The notes: a model not told the origin generated them from the letters alone. Numbered from the stretch's first letter, positions 36,328 through 49,236 are shown. The stretch is 64,000 bases of DNA from Eledone cirrhosa (GCA_964016885.1 OZ024740.1:261950001-262014000), one strand, 5' to 3'. Numbers and translations: made by a program.

Positions 36328-37206
36328 TTACCCCTTACACAATCGGCAAGTGGGGTGTTTTAGCCCTTTCCTAACCCCAGACGGGTCATTATGGGGTTTG
36401 AGGGCGAGGTAAGTCCTACGCAATCTGTGTTTGCATGCAGTTACCAGTTCGTCTTTCTTGTTTAGGAGTTGGTCCTTCGAAAACAGCATTTGTAATGTTT
36501 CCTCCGAGCATAAGTTACACGGACGGCGTCCTCCCGTGTAAGAGTTAGCTCTGAACAGTAAGCGCCAAGTGAGATTGTAGGTTATATTATTATCTTTGAG
36601 GTCCCAGATGTGGCCCGAAAGTGTAGTGGCATGACGCCGGGCCGGGTTTCGGAAAGTATATCGGTATAGGTCGAGCCGGGTCTTGAAGTCACAAGCGGTT
36701 AATCCTATATAAGCTTTGTTGGAGGTGTCCGTCCTCACGTTGCACTGGTAGATCACATTACGATCTCGCCATCTGTTGTTGAGGGGGCAAAGGGATCTAT
36801 CAGGACAGTTACACCTCCTGGTCGGCTCTCCACTACTCTTTAGGTTATTTCTTCCATAGGGGTTGAGTTTTTTGTTATTAGAGGAGACGATGTTTTGTGC
36901 GAAGTTAGGTGTGGTGCTGTAGGAGAGTTTGGTGGTGTTTTTGTTGATTATGTTGTGGTAGCGGTGTTGTAGTGGGAAGTGTTTTTCGATGAGCCTAAAG
37001 AAGATTTTCCCGATAGGTGTTGTCACCTCGGCATTGTGGAGAGGATTGAACCACGTTACGTTGTGTGAGCGGCGGTGTCGCCTACTGGTTCCGCCAATGG
37101 AAGCTGGATAATAGGATATTTCCTCCCGGAAGCCACTTCGCTTGAGGGCCTGGTTGTAATAAGGCGCATGCTCGTCGAATATCTGCTGTATAGATTTCAC
37201 TTTCAA
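36328..37206 (-). pseudogene. PLE linker plus GIY-YIG endonuclease, 5'-truncated (no RT core)
   Basis: WFNP, KHFP, KLSYS, CNC..CPL, VIYQC..AYIGLT..FKTRL, CNLCSEE, LLNKKDEL..CKH. Confidence 0.85.
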
Positions 37207-37460
37207 CGCTTGACTGGGTTTCCCCCACTCCCTCTTTGTTTTACCGGCAAGTTCAGCTACCTCCCACCAAATGCTATGATAGAATCCTCTGTCTTTACAA
37301 CAAATTTCTGACCAATCCTTTTGATAATTACTATCTTCCTATATAAGAATTTACCTCCTGAGAAGTTCGGCTATTTATTTACTAGGCTAAAAATTCTTAT
37401 TTAGTCCAGAATTAGCCCTCGAAACGGCTTGAGCTCTGCCGTTGGGGTCATACTTGTTCC

Positions 37461-37490
<30 letters not shown>

Positions 37491-37494
<4 letters not shown>

Positions 37495-37648
37495 TTATTA
37501 AAATAACAGATTAAAGTTTAGGCAAAGAATCGCGGCTTTCACCCTTAACGGGATCTTCTGAAACTTATATATATTTTCAGAAGATTCCGTTAAGGGTGAA
37601 AGCAGCGATTCTTTGCTTAAACTTTAATCTGTTATTTTAATAAATATT
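37491..37648. repeat. Near-perfect palindrome (~70-bp arms) with a hammerhead-like remnant
   Basis: atatttattaaaataacagattaaag...ctttaatctgttattttaataaatat; arms carry cagaaga-tcccgttaagggt-gaaa. Confidence 0.8.
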
Positions 37649-37763
37649 TGCTCTACTGTTCTTATATATCTGATATATATTTATCCTTATCGAGGCCTCT
37701 TTGGATTTTAGTCTTCAAATTTATTATTATTACTATATATAAATATATATATATATATTTAGT

Positions 37764-37979
37764 GAAGGCGTGTGGCTGAGTGGTTAGAGAATTGGATTCG
37801 CAATCGTAAGGTTGTGAGTTTGATTCCTGGACTAGGTGATGCGTTATCCGTGAGCAAGACACTTTATTTCCCCTTGCTCCTTCTACCTGGAGTTGCGACC
37901 GATAGATAGTATTAGCAATTGGAAAGACCATCGGAAACATTGTTATCTCGGTCCGATTTGATGAAAGTTGATCGTTCCT

Positions 37980-37980
<1 letters not shown>
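37764..37980 (+). mobile_element. tRNA-derived SINE family B
   Basis: A box tggctgagtgg, B box gagtttgattcc, gagcaagacactttattt core; related copies at 44003, 46125 and 51303. Confidence 0.75.
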
Positions 37981-38027
<47 letters not shown>

Positions 38028-38770
38028 GATCTCTAACAGATGAACCTAATTCTAAGTACATTATCTTATTACTCCTACACCCTTGAAATCTTACTTTCCT
38101 CTTATTATTCTTATTGTTCTTATTATTATTATGAACATCTCAATATATCCCTAATGTTATTCATCATGTTCTATATATCTACCATGCACATTTTACTATT
38201 TTATTACCTTGATTGCTTGTATTATTCTTGTTATCACTGTCTTATTTATACACGATTTGTTATTTATGCTATGAAAACTAAACCCCCACGATTCGAACTA
38301 ACAATCCATACCTTTATTATAGGCCACTTAAATAACGAATCTACAACTCTATTTAACACCATATAAAAACTACCATCATCACTAAATTAATCAAACGAAA
38401 ATGTTTATCTGTCAAATAAAAAATAAAAAGTAAATCTCCGGTTTATTGCCAGAATACCTACAGCATTGTGGATACCTCATAAATTCTGTCTCCAAGTACA
38501 TTTTAGCGGTTAATGTTATCTAGTCGCTACCCCATCACTATATCGAATGTACCCTATAGCAGTTTTCACACATCAATTCCATACATCTGTATCATATCAG
38601 TCTGTTTAACATGCTAAATTCTTCATTATACTCTATCTCTCACTTATATTGATGTTATTATTTTAATTGTCTGCTATCTTGTTATTTTATTTTATCATTG
38701 ATATTATTGTTCTGGTTTAATACCACACCTATATAAAAACCATGCCTTATGTATCTTCTTCATTTCACCC

Positions 38771-38878
38771 GCTCTGATGAAAACGACTGGTTATAAACAA
38801 AGTATTGGAGATCGATTTGCGCATAATCAGGCGTATAGCGAACTCTAGACCTGCCACATCAAAGAAACAATTGTCAGC
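38771..38878 (+). ncRNA. Minimal hammerhead-like motif with long, degenerate stem II
   Basis: gcu-CUGAUGA...GAAAC-AAUU-GUC-agc; 3-bp stem I and palindromic stem III. Confidence 0.5.
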
Positions 38879-39216
38879 AATGTGAATAAAGGCCTTCTTG
38901 TATAGCGAACCATATCACTCTTCTTTCTTGAATTATTACTACTCCAAGTATAAACTCCACACACACACACACACACACATATATACACACACACATACAC
39001 ACGCGTACATTAACATACAAAGAGACTTATACACACACACACACACACACACACACGCACTTCTCCGTATAAGACAAAAGCTGAAAAATATCTTTTGACA
39101 TGCTAAAATACCCCCCATTGCTTTCAGACACATTCTTACTGACCATCCCTGCTACCACGAATTACTCTGCTACACACACACACACACACACACACGCACA
39201 GACACACACACACACA

Positions 39217-39261
<45 letters not shown>

Positions 39262-39373
39262 ATCTTAATAGCCATTTGACACACATCCCTGCTAACCATT
39301 ATCACAACATCGAACACCTTACTACTACTACTACACACACACGCATATTTGTTGTGAAAGAGTCATTTCTCAA

Positions 39374-39620
39374 TCTTGGCGCAAAACCAATTTTTTTATT
39401 CACATGAACTCTACCGACCAATCAAAATTGTTTTGACCACAAGAATTTTTGCAAACACCAAATAGCGCTGGAGCCACTCTTTTAACATAAAAACAGTCTT
39501 GGCGCAAAATCAATTTTTTACATTCACATGACCTCTACCGACCAATCAAAATATTTTTGACCACAAGAATTTTTGCAACACCAAAGTAACGCTGGAGCCA
39601 CTTTTTTAACATAAAAACAG
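39374..39620. repeat. ~123-bp tandem duplication
   Basis: tcttggcgcaaaa...ttaacataaaaacag occurs twice. Confidence 0.85.
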
Positions 39621-39825
39621 GTAGAATTCCCAAAACTAATCAGATCAGAGCAAACAACACGGACACTCTATCTCAAAATTATTTTTGAAAAGCATTTAGA
39701 AATGCGCAACCGGTAAAAACTTAAAAACTTAAAACCACAACTGAATACTAACCCATACAATCACTAATACTCTTTTATTCCTAATTAAACCATTTTTCAA
39801 CTGTGAACAATTTGTCAGCATTTTC

Positions 39826-39875
39826 TATTCCGTTTATCAATATATAATAACTTGTGTGTTACACCTCTATTCTTT

Positions 39876-39927
<52 letters not shown>

Positions 39928-39978
39928 AAAGAATAGAGGTGTAACACACAAGTTATTATATATTGATAAACGGAATAC
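39826..39978. repeat. Perfect inverted repeat centred on a (TA)n tract
   Basis: tattccgtttatcaat...cttttaac-(TA)n-gttaaaag...attgataaacggaata. Confidence 0.9.
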
Positions 39979-41000
39979 TTATGGTATAACCCCGAATACA
40001 ATAGCTCCATTAGTACAAATTTACCAGTACTCTTCTTTAAAATAATTAAAAGACATTTTCCCACATCACACAAATACCACAAAATCCTAAACCCTACCAC
40101 TATAAGACTGTCATACTCTACAGCGTTAAACCTTGAACAACACATAAAAAAGATCAATACTAGAAGGTTAAACGAAAACACTAAGAACTTAAGTACAAAG
40201 AACCCCAAAAAAACAGTAGACAATACACTACAGAACATAAATAAACCACACCTAAGTTCGTCCGCAATACTACTCCAGAGAAAACCCAACGTACACAACT
40301 GTAACTGCACCTATCCTGACAACTGCCCCCTCGGCAATAACTGCCTGGAAAAAAATATTATTTATAAGTGTACCATTAAATCCGGAGGCAACGAGTGGTA
40401 TTACGTGGGATCAACGGCAACATCGTTTAAATCTCGATTGTATAGGCATTCTTACTCAATAAAACACCAGAGCCAAAGAAATGTAACAACTTTAGCAGAG
40501 AAAGCTTGGACGCTCAGGGATAGCAATCAAAAGTTTACCCTAAAATGGGAAAAATTAGCTAAAACCCAAAGCTTTTCCAGGAGCCAAAATTTCTGCAAAT
40601 TGTGTAATCTTGAGATTTATTGCATAATCACACACAAGAAGAAACTGCTGAATAACAGAATTGAACGAACATTATTCTGCCGTCACAGAACTAAAACCCT
40701 TTTTTCCCACTACAAGCCGAATATTACATAAAAGAGGGACATCCCCCAACTATATAAACCTTAATCTAGTTAGAAAAATATAAAAACAATCTCTTTTCAA
40801 CATATATTAATAACCTTAAATTACCATACTAATAATGAAAAGATATGCTGATGAGAATAGGTACAAATATGCGATAATGAATGTGTCTAAAAACGTCCAT
40901 AAGTATGTATATATATGTGAAAATGTATATAAATAAGTAAATATATATATATGTTTGATGTGTATAGTTAGATGTAAGTGTATTCATGTATTAAAGTGCT

Positions 41001-41035
<35 letters not shown>

Positions 41036-41058
41036 ATATGTGTGTATATATGTATGTG

Positions 41059-41089
<31 letters not shown>

Positions 41090-41946
41090 GTATATGTATA
41101 TATGTATATATATATGTGTATGTATGTATGTGTATATGGATGTGTATGTATGTGTATGTGTGTACACATGGACTAGAGTATGTATGTATATATGTGTGTG
41201 TCTATACGTGTGTATATATAAAGATAAGTTGAGTATGAAAATGTATACACATGAGCGCGTATGTATGTACATGAATACATGTGTGTATATATATGTGTAT
41301 ACATGTGTATATATATGTAAGTATGAATATGTGAATTGTGAGTATATGTATTTTTGTAGAGGTGTGCAAATATATTTGTGTGTGAATGCGTGGGTGAAAG
41401 AATACGTACACTTGAAAGAAAAATTTAAGTCTGAATGTTAAGTGCAAACACAAAACCAACCACGCATATCTTTACTATCTCTAATCCTTCTATAGATTTA
41501 GAAAAATAACCAATAATATATTCTATAAAAATGTCAAAACAACAGATGGGAATCTAATTAATCACTGCCACCAAGAATTCTCACTGCTATCGAAAAACCA
41601 CTCCTTCAACTATTCTTCTAACAACTTCACCCCTTCCTCCTAATATTCTCTATAAAAACTAAATAGGTCCTCAGTAATATTATTCTGATGAAATGACAGT
41701 AAATAATAACATTGAAATATTGAATGTCTGCATAACTAAAAGTTTGTAGATAGCTGTTTTAGGTTATGTAACTGTTATAGAAACACGTGTCAATAAATTC
41801 CTTTCAACTAAACTGTATCCATTCAAATCTTTCTATTTTTCTCCGGATTACTTTTGGAACTACAACTGGAACCGTCGAGCAAACTCTACGTGAGCTGATA
41901 ATCTACTGTGTGTAATATTTATATTACAACACAACGGAAAATACTG

Positions 41947-41947
<1 letters not shown>
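39979..41947 (+). mobile_element. Penelope-like element, 5'-truncated (GIY-YIG region plus long 3'UTR with hammerhead)
   Basis: WYNPEY, RHFP, RLSYS, CNC..CPL..C, IIYKC..YYVGST..FKSRL, CKLCNLE, LLNNR..FCRH; stop at 40731; 3' end approximate. Confidence 0.8.
41680..41796 (+). ncRNA. Type I hammerhead ribozyme with extended stem II (predicted)
   Basis: uuauu-CUGAUGA-augacagu...acuguuau-a-GAAAC-ACGU-GUC-aauaa; 5-bp stem I, 8-bp stem II base, palindromic stem III. Confidence 0.72.
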
Positions 41948-42045
<98 letters not shown>

Positions 42046-42111
42046 CCAGGGTTCAATCGGGGTAACCACAGTAAGTAAGCTACTCAATACATAGCAGAGT
42101 ATACATTATAT

Positions 42112-42229
42112 ATATAGAAATGGCTTCCACAGGACTAGAAATATTTCATTCGAAGGAAATCATCAGGAAAGTCCCTGATGATTTACTTCGAATGAAACAG
42201 TTCTAGTCCTCTAGAAGTCATTTTTATAT
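42112..42229. repeat. Palindrome carrying a hammerhead-like core on each strand
   Basis: ctgatgatttacttcgaatgaaacagttctagtc on plus; ctgatgatttccttcgaatgaaatatttctagtc on minus. Confidence 0.75.
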
Positions 42230-42954
42230 TAAATATATATATATATATATGTCGTGTGCATTTGTGTGCGTGCCTGTGTATGTGTTTCGGAGTGTGCGTG
42301 TGTTTTTTTTTTATCTGAGCCAGGCTAGATTGATGTCGCTATCGTTCTGCATAATCTGTTGAAAGTCCATGACTGCTGGAAATAATTGTGCATGGAGATA
42401 ATTACATTTTGCTGACGTTCTGAGAAGAAAGGACTTGGCACAGTGATTAGTGCGGAAATTGAGGTATGAGACCAGTACTAGTAGTAGATACGAGTGTATC
42501 ACGAATGCCTGATTTGAGACGGAACCAGTAAGGCCCTTGACGTCTAAACCCTCTACTAGAATCAGAAATGAAAGAGAGAGAAGACAGCACAACCGTGGGT
42601 CACAGGCTGGAGTGTCTTTGTAAATGACTCAATGTTAATCAGTAAAGCCAACTTTATCTGGATGGAGGCTAGGGCATCTGCATGTACAGCAGCAGTACCG
42701 TCTTAGATGTGGATAGGGATTATTTTACTGTGAGACTCATATGAGCTTAGTAGATGATTAGTTAAAGAATTTTCTGGCGCCGAAGAGAAAGCCCAGTCTT
42801 AGATACATTACGTTACAAATTATCCAATAAATACCATTTGTGTCATATTAATAAATTAGTTAACTTACCCTGTTGCCGATTAATACACTGTAATGCAAAT
42901 GACACTGACTAGTTTAACTGTATCTGACTTTGTACTGCCTATAATTTACTATTA

Positions 42955-43110
42955 GGCGGCGAATTGGCAGATTCATTAGAACATCTGGTAGAATGCTTTG
43001 CGGCATTCGTTCGTTCTGGCTCTCTGCTTTCTGAGTTCAAATTCCGCCGAGATCAACGTTGCCTTTCATCCATTCGAGGTCACTAAAAATATTACCAGTC
43101 TACTACTGAG
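42955..43110 (+). mobile_element. Older SINE family A-related copy
   Basis: ggcggcgaattggcaga..., gagttcaaattcc, gcctttcatcc. Confidence 0.7.
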
Positions 43111-43769
43111 ATCGATTCTTCCTCTATATCTCTTTCTCATTTCCATTCTCCCAATCTCTATCCTTCTCTGGAAAAAAATATGCTGCGTTCAGACCTGGAG
43201 AGGGGATGGTCTCTGCCAGATTTAAAAATTGCCAAAGAAACGCCATATGTCAATATGGAATCCCCATGACTCTCTCGGGAATTACGGACCCATACAATAG
43301 AATAATTAACTATTAGTTATTAGTCTTTTGGTAGATGTATAGATAGATAGGTTCATGGTTCACGCATTTGATTTCAGTTTCAAAAGAAACTTGTGGAGAT
43401 AAGGATTATTAGTTCTCATATAGTAAAATAAGCACTAGGGTCGATATGATCAACTGAAAAAATGGTGATGCCCCACTATGACCACATACACCAGGAAAAG
43501 AATGAAATAATTAAATAATACTTTTATGTTCGCTAAAAGGAGTGAATCAAATCGAGGAGGAATTGAACGAAAGTGAATCGGACTGGAACCAAAAAGCCGA
43601 AAACCAAAGATATTTGATTTGATTTAAGAAACTCAATATCAATAATTTAAAACGAAAGTCGCTTTATAATTTACTTCTTATACAGACAGTTGATCAAGCA
43701 TTCTTATAGGCAAGCAATGGAATTCTCGGAAGTTAATCATATTCTTAATGGCATTATTGATAGGAGAAT

Positions 43770-43995
43770 GGGGAGGATTCACAGCATCGGTAGAGCGTCG
43801 GGCAACATGCGTTGCGACATATAGTTACGTCTCTTTACGTTCTGAGTTCAAATCCCACCGAAGTTAGCTTTGACTTTCATCACTATGGGATCGATAAAAT
43901 AAAGTACCAGTAATACACTTGAGTCGATTTAATAGAATTTCCCTTCCACACTCTCCAAATTAGTGGTATTGAGCCTAAATAGGAAACCATTATTG
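43770..43995 (+). mobile_element. SINE family A-related copy (longer 3' variant)
   Basis: B box and core motif present. Confidence 0.75.
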
Positions 43996-44002
43996 ATAGA
44001 AT

Positions 44003-44300
44003 GAAGCTGCGTGGCTTAGAGGTTAGGCTGTTTGGGTCAGGATTGTGATTTCAATTCCTAGTTACATCTTGTGTCCTCGAGAAAGTCACTATATTTCACG
44101 TTGCTCCAGTACACGTAGCTTGAAAAATTAAGTTGTTACTGTAATTCAAAAAGCCGGTCTTGACACATGTTGCGCCATGTTGGATCACACTGAGAATAAT
44201 ATTAAGTACACTATGGAGTACTGAGCCACTTGCACGTTAGTTTCCCGAGCAAACTGTTCCGGCGATCAAACAAATAGAAGATGCATCGGCGTTACCAACA
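44003..44300 (+). mobile_element. SINE family B, degenerate
   Basis: Similar to 51303-51580. Confidence 0.65.
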
Positions 44301-44391
44301 GATGTCTAAGACCTCACCTTCCACACATTCATATAGATTAGACAATAGTGGATTGGTAGAATAGTTAAAGCCTCTAACAAAATGTCATTAT

Positions 44392-44580
44392 GGTGGATTG
44401 GCAGTATCGGTAGAGGGTCGGACGCCATGCTTTGACGCATAGAGTTACGGCTCTTGCCATTCTGAGTTTAAATCCCGCCCAGGTTAACTTCGCCTTTCAT
44501 CCTTACGGTGTCGATAAAATAAAGCACCAGTAATACACTGGGATAATTGCTGGCCTTGTGCTAAATGTAGAAACAATTAT
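44392..44580 (+). mobile_element. SINE family A
   Basis: Full copy. Confidence 0.88.
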
Positions 44581-44667
44581 GATACCTAGTAACGGTTCTT
44601 TACGTTCTAATTTTAAATCACACCGAGGTCTAACTTACATTTCATCTTTCCGAGGTCGAAACAATAT

Positions 44668-44800
44668 AATTGTTTTACTTTTGGCTCAAGGCCAAAAGTT
44701 ATCCCAGTGTATTACTGGTACTTTTTTTTATCGACTCCGTAAGAATGAAAGGCAAAGATAACAGGGTGTCCGACGCTCTACCGATTCTGCCAGTCCACCG
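44668..44800 (-). mobile_element. SINE family A, internally deleted
   Basis: Reverse-complement head and tail present, middle missing. Confidence 0.7.
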
Positions 44801-45369
44801 TCGAAACAATATAATGCCAGATAAGTATTGAAATCGATTCTATCAACTCCCCACCCCTTTCACTCGTTCACTCAAATTGCTGGCCTTGTGCCTAATTAAG
44901 GAAATATTATTGATAAAAGTGAAGTAAATTAAGCTTTCAGGGCTGAATTGAAATCGATTCGCAAAGTCAGCTTGCCAGCAGCATCTAACGCCTTACATAT
45001 TTCTAGCAGCCAAACTGACTTCGTATAGTAGCAAAGGTTAAAATGACAAGAGAAAGCACAAGAGATTGAAACATTATATCTGAATACGTTCTGTCAAGTC
45101 GTGTTTTCTGTATTGGAAATATTACTCCAATTCAAGTTTGTCTTTAGGCAGTACTGTGATTTGAAACGGGCAAAATCCATAAGCACCGTCTTCCAGCTTT
45201 GTTCTTTTGTATTCATACTCAACAGAAAAGCCATCGCCTTATTTAACACTATGAGTTACAGAAATTTTCCTTTCGTTCGTTTCCTCCTCAATTAACACAT
45301 ATCCGTCCTTTTTAAATAAGTATTTTGCCACACAGTCTTTTATTTGTAACCTATGTAGGCTTTTTAGAC

Positions 45370-45633
<264 letters not shown>

Positions 45634-45717
45634 AAAATTGAACGGGAACAAAACAGAGAGGCAGTACGAACAAAGGTTTATTAGTTTCACGCTCTTGAGA
45701 GTGGGGTGGTGGTGGGG

Positions 45718-45751
45718 AACGACGTTTCAGGCATAAGCCCTTCTTCAGGTG
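45718..45751 (-). ncRNA. Minimal hammerhead motif in a short PLE-like 3' end (45630-45752)
   Basis: Minus strand: CUGAAGA-agggcuuaugccu-GAAAC-GUC; stem I weak; a related terminal sequence recurs at ~49050-49240. Confidence 0.55.
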
Positions 45752-46124
45752 AACTTGTCTGTATGTCTGTCTGTATATCTATCTTGGCACAAAAAGGATA
45801 AGAATTATGTTTTTCCTGATGGTTGTTAATTTTTAACGATTAAATATTTTACAAAGTGAAGTTGTAATAATTCTTTAATGAACAAGTATTTATTAGATCT
45901 TCTTGCTAATATATATACACTCACATATACACGCATATTTACAATACACACGCATATTTACAATACACACGCACCCACATCGTATGTTACTAACCAGCAG
46001 GAATATTTAATACAAACGAAATAGATAGCACAGGGTAGAGTGATTCTTAGTGCAAGATTCCAGAACCTAATAGATAAGAGTTTCGAACCACAAGATTGCC
46101 TGAGTTGGTCGTGTGATTCTTAAA

Positions 46125-46447
46125 TTAGTGTTAGAGCATTGGGCTTGCAATCGAAAGGTTTTGAGGTCGATTCTCGCACCGGATGATACGTTGTGTCCTT
46201 GAGCAAGAGACTTTATTTTACGTAACTCCAGTTCACTCAGCTGTAGAAATGAGTTGCGACGTCATTGGTGCCAAGCTGTATTGGCTGTAGCCTTTCCCTT
46301 GAACATCATTGGTGGCGTGGAGAGGGAAGGCTGGTATCCATGGGCGACTGTTGGTCTTCCTCAAACAACCATGCCCGGACTTGTGCCTCGGAGGGAAACT
46401 TTTTGGTACAAAGCGCATGGTCATTCGTGACCGAAGGGTGTCTTCGG
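46125..46447 (+). mobile_element. SINE family B variant
   Basis: tRNA-like head (ggtcgattctcg), ttgtgtccttgagcaagagacttta core. Confidence 0.7.
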
Positions 46448-46456
46448 TATATATAT

Positions 46457-46489
<33 letters not shown>

Positions 46490-46494
46490 CACAC

Positions 46495-46526
<32 letters not shown>

Positions 46527-46580
46527 CGTTTCTGAATTTGTTTAGCAAGATTCTTTATCTGAAATCGTGTGTTGAAACCG

Positions 46581-46926
46581 ATATTGTTATACTTTGGGAT
46601 GGTCATGTTGCCAATAAGAAACACACAGCGGATGTGGCGCATGCGCAAACTGAGCACACAACACACACACAGAAACAAAATGGCGTAGGACAGAACAAAG
46701 GAGAGGCACGGAGACAAAGAAAGGAATCCCCAGTCACTGAAGAGGTCACAGAGTGTGTGACGAAAGGACTATGACTATATATAAACAACTATCTGGTTGT
46801 GGAACCAACCAACCAACCAGAAATTTATAAATTTATAAATTTGTAAATTTATAAATATATAATAAATTGAAGTGAAAGCAACTGGTGCGTGTGCTTCTTA
46901 TTGGCAACATGACCCTCCCAAAGTAT

Positions 46927-46934
<8 letters not shown>
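46581..46934 (+). mobile_element. Non-coding element with ~45-bp terminal inverted repeats and an internal hammerhead
   Basis: atattgttatactttgggatggtcatgttgccaataagaa ... ttcttattggcaacatgaccctcccaaagtataacaatat; second copy at 51780-52110. Confidence 0.75.
46732..46776 (+). ncRNA. Minimal type I hammerhead ribozyme (predicted)
   Basis: aguca-CUGAAGAG-gucac(agagugu)gugac-GAAA-gga-CUA-ugacu; perfect 5-bp stems I and II. Confidence 0.75.
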
Positions 46935-47012
<78 letters not shown>

Positions 47013-47017
<5 letters not shown>

Positions 47018-47194
47018 GAACACTGGAAGGTAATATCCCTAGCGGTAGAGCACTCAGTCCATGGGACGAGATTGTTAGTAGTAACACAACAGTTAGTTCA
47101 CCATATCGAGAACAATTGTTTCACCTTATGCGGATCTTCAGCTCGGAGCTTCAGTCTGGACTGAAGCTCCGAGCTGAAGATCCGCATAAGGTGA
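47013..47194 (-). mobile_element. Short PLE 3'-end copy ending in a 36-bp-arm fold-back; hammerhead at 47107-47145
   Basis: Minus strand: cgag-CUGAAGA-uccgcauaaggu-GAAAC-AAUU-GUU-cucg; homologous to 47405-47536. Confidence 0.78.
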
Positions 47195-47333
47195 TATATA
47201 AATAATATATAAATAAACAATGTACGATGCCGATTATCACCATTATACATATATATATAATGGTGATAATTTATCTTAATAGCAAAATAACATAAGGTTA
47301 ATATAATTGCATATAAAAACCAACGAGATACAA

Positions 47334-47388
<55 letters not shown>

Positions 47389-47390
<2 letters not shown>

Positions 47391-49005
47391 GTCGTAGGAC
47401 ACTAGAGGGTACTGGAAGGTAATATCCGTAGTGGTAGAGCACTCAGTCCATGGGACGAGTTAGGTAGAAGTGGATACACAACAGCTAGTTCGCCATACCG
47501 AGAACAATTTTTCACCTTAGCGGATCCTCAGCTCGTAATGGACATGGTTATACGGAACAGGAAGGACAACCGTACGAACGTGCATGCGCAGAAACGATCA
47601 CTTCACACAAGCAATACTAAATTGCGTGCGAGAAGTGTAATGGAGATAACTACGAAAGTCCGAAATTTTCTGGTTGATAAGAAAATTAGGATGTTGTTGT
47701 AATTCAATCCGGAGCTTTGTAGTTATGTAAGAGGTGTTTCCAGACGTGTGGACAATGTGTGAAGAATTCATTTCTCGTGTCTTACTATTGCGTAATCTCT
47801 TTAGAATATTTATTCGTTCATCAATACATAGTCCACACGACGGATTGGCCCTTGCGTATGGCTTGGACTTAGTGATGGCTTTCCATTGAATGTAGTAGTC
47901 TATACTTGAGGGACCATACGTGGCTCGCGAGTTTCGTGGCTGAACGTCTGTCCGGGTATCTAAAGGTCGATTGGTGGTTCAGGAAGCGTTCCTTAAATCG
48001 GCCCTCCGCCATAACTACATAGGATTTGACAACCTGTGGTTGATTTGGTCGGTTGGAAGTGACCACAGCTTCATAAACTACAGCGGGTGTGTTGCATTGC
48101 TGTTGAAGGGGACAAGTTTCGGGCTTACGGCAAGAACATGCTAGTGGGGTGTTGCTCTTAGGGCTGTTGGTGATGTGGGCCTTCATGTTCTTAGCGCAGG
48201 AGTATCCTAGTTTTATTTGTGTCGGTTAAAGATGGAGCGGTATTTATAACCTATGGAAAAGTGTCTATCTAAGAGGGCTAGAAATTGTTTGCCTACATTG
48301 GTTTTAACGTTGAGTGAGAAGGGAGGAGAGAACCAGATAGTTTATCTATTGTTACGCTTTCTTTTCTTATTGCTGTTGTTGTTAGTGGGACAATAAGTGA
48401 TAGGTTGCGAGAAGCCGCTGTTAGCTAGCGCCGTGTTATAGTAGGGTGCCGCCCTGTCTAAGTTAGCCTCATTAGAGGAGTGGCTTGAGATTCTAGTACT
48501 GATATTATTTACGTTCATCCACGAAACTCGTGAGCCACGTATAGTCCCTCAAGGACTCAAGTATAGACTACTCCATTCAATGGAAAGTCATCACTAAGTC
48601 CAAGCCATACGCAAGGGATAATCCGTCGTGTGGACTATGTATTGATGAACGAACAAATATTCTAAAGAGATTACCCAATAGTGATTGCCTAAACACGCGG
48701 AAAGAATTATTCACACGTTGTCCACACGTCTGGAAACACCTCTTACATAACTACAAAGCTCCGGATTGAATTACAACAACATCTTAATTTTTTTTATCAA
48801 CCAGAAACTTTAGATCTTTCGCAGTTATCGCCCTTACACCTCTCGCACGCAATTTAGTATTGCCTGTGTGTAGTGATCGTTTCTGCGCATGCACGTTCGT
48901 ACGGTTGTCCTTCCTGTTCTATATAACCATGTCCTTTACGAGGTGAGGATCCGCTAAGGTGAAACAATTCCTCTCGGTATGATGAACTAACTGTTGTGTA
49001 ACCAC

Positions 49006-49010
<5 letters not shown>
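47389..49010 (-). mobile_element. Penelope-like element with inverted pseudo-LTR
   Basis: GIY-YIG remnant 47869-48186 (CSC..CPL..C, VVYEA..FKERF); 48520-49010 is an inverted copy of ~47465-47940; hammerhead motifs at 47498-47536 (-) and 48938-48978 (+, degenerate). Confidence 0.85.
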
Positions 49011-49041
<31 letters not shown>

Positions 49042-49099
49042 TTTTAAAAAGTAACCAGAGAACAAAAAACAGAAAAACGAAGAGGCAGTACAAAAATGA

Positions 49100-49212
49100 T
49101 CAAATCCCGCCGAGGTTAACTTTGCCTTTCATCCTTACGGGGTCGATAAAATAAAGTACCAGTAATGCACTGAGATAATTACTGGCCTTGTGCCAAATGT
49201 AGAAACAATTAT
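49100..49212 (+). mobile_element. 5'-truncated SINE family A inserted into a PLE-like end
   Basis: Interrupts a sequence that is contiguous at 45655-45700. Confidence 0.8.
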
Positions 49213-49236
49213 TAGTTTCACGCTTGTGAGTGGGCT

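Larger units (their letters stand above)
35570..37460 (-). mobile_element. Penelope-like element fragment (C-terminal GIY-YIG region plus 3'UTR)
   Basis: ORF 36328-37206; degenerate hammerhead at ~35762-35888; boundaries approximate. Confidence 0.75.

Noticed and set aside
39374-39620. Repeats considered as a CRISPR array
   Set aside because: Two-unit tandem duplication with no spacers or cas genes, in a eukaryotic context.
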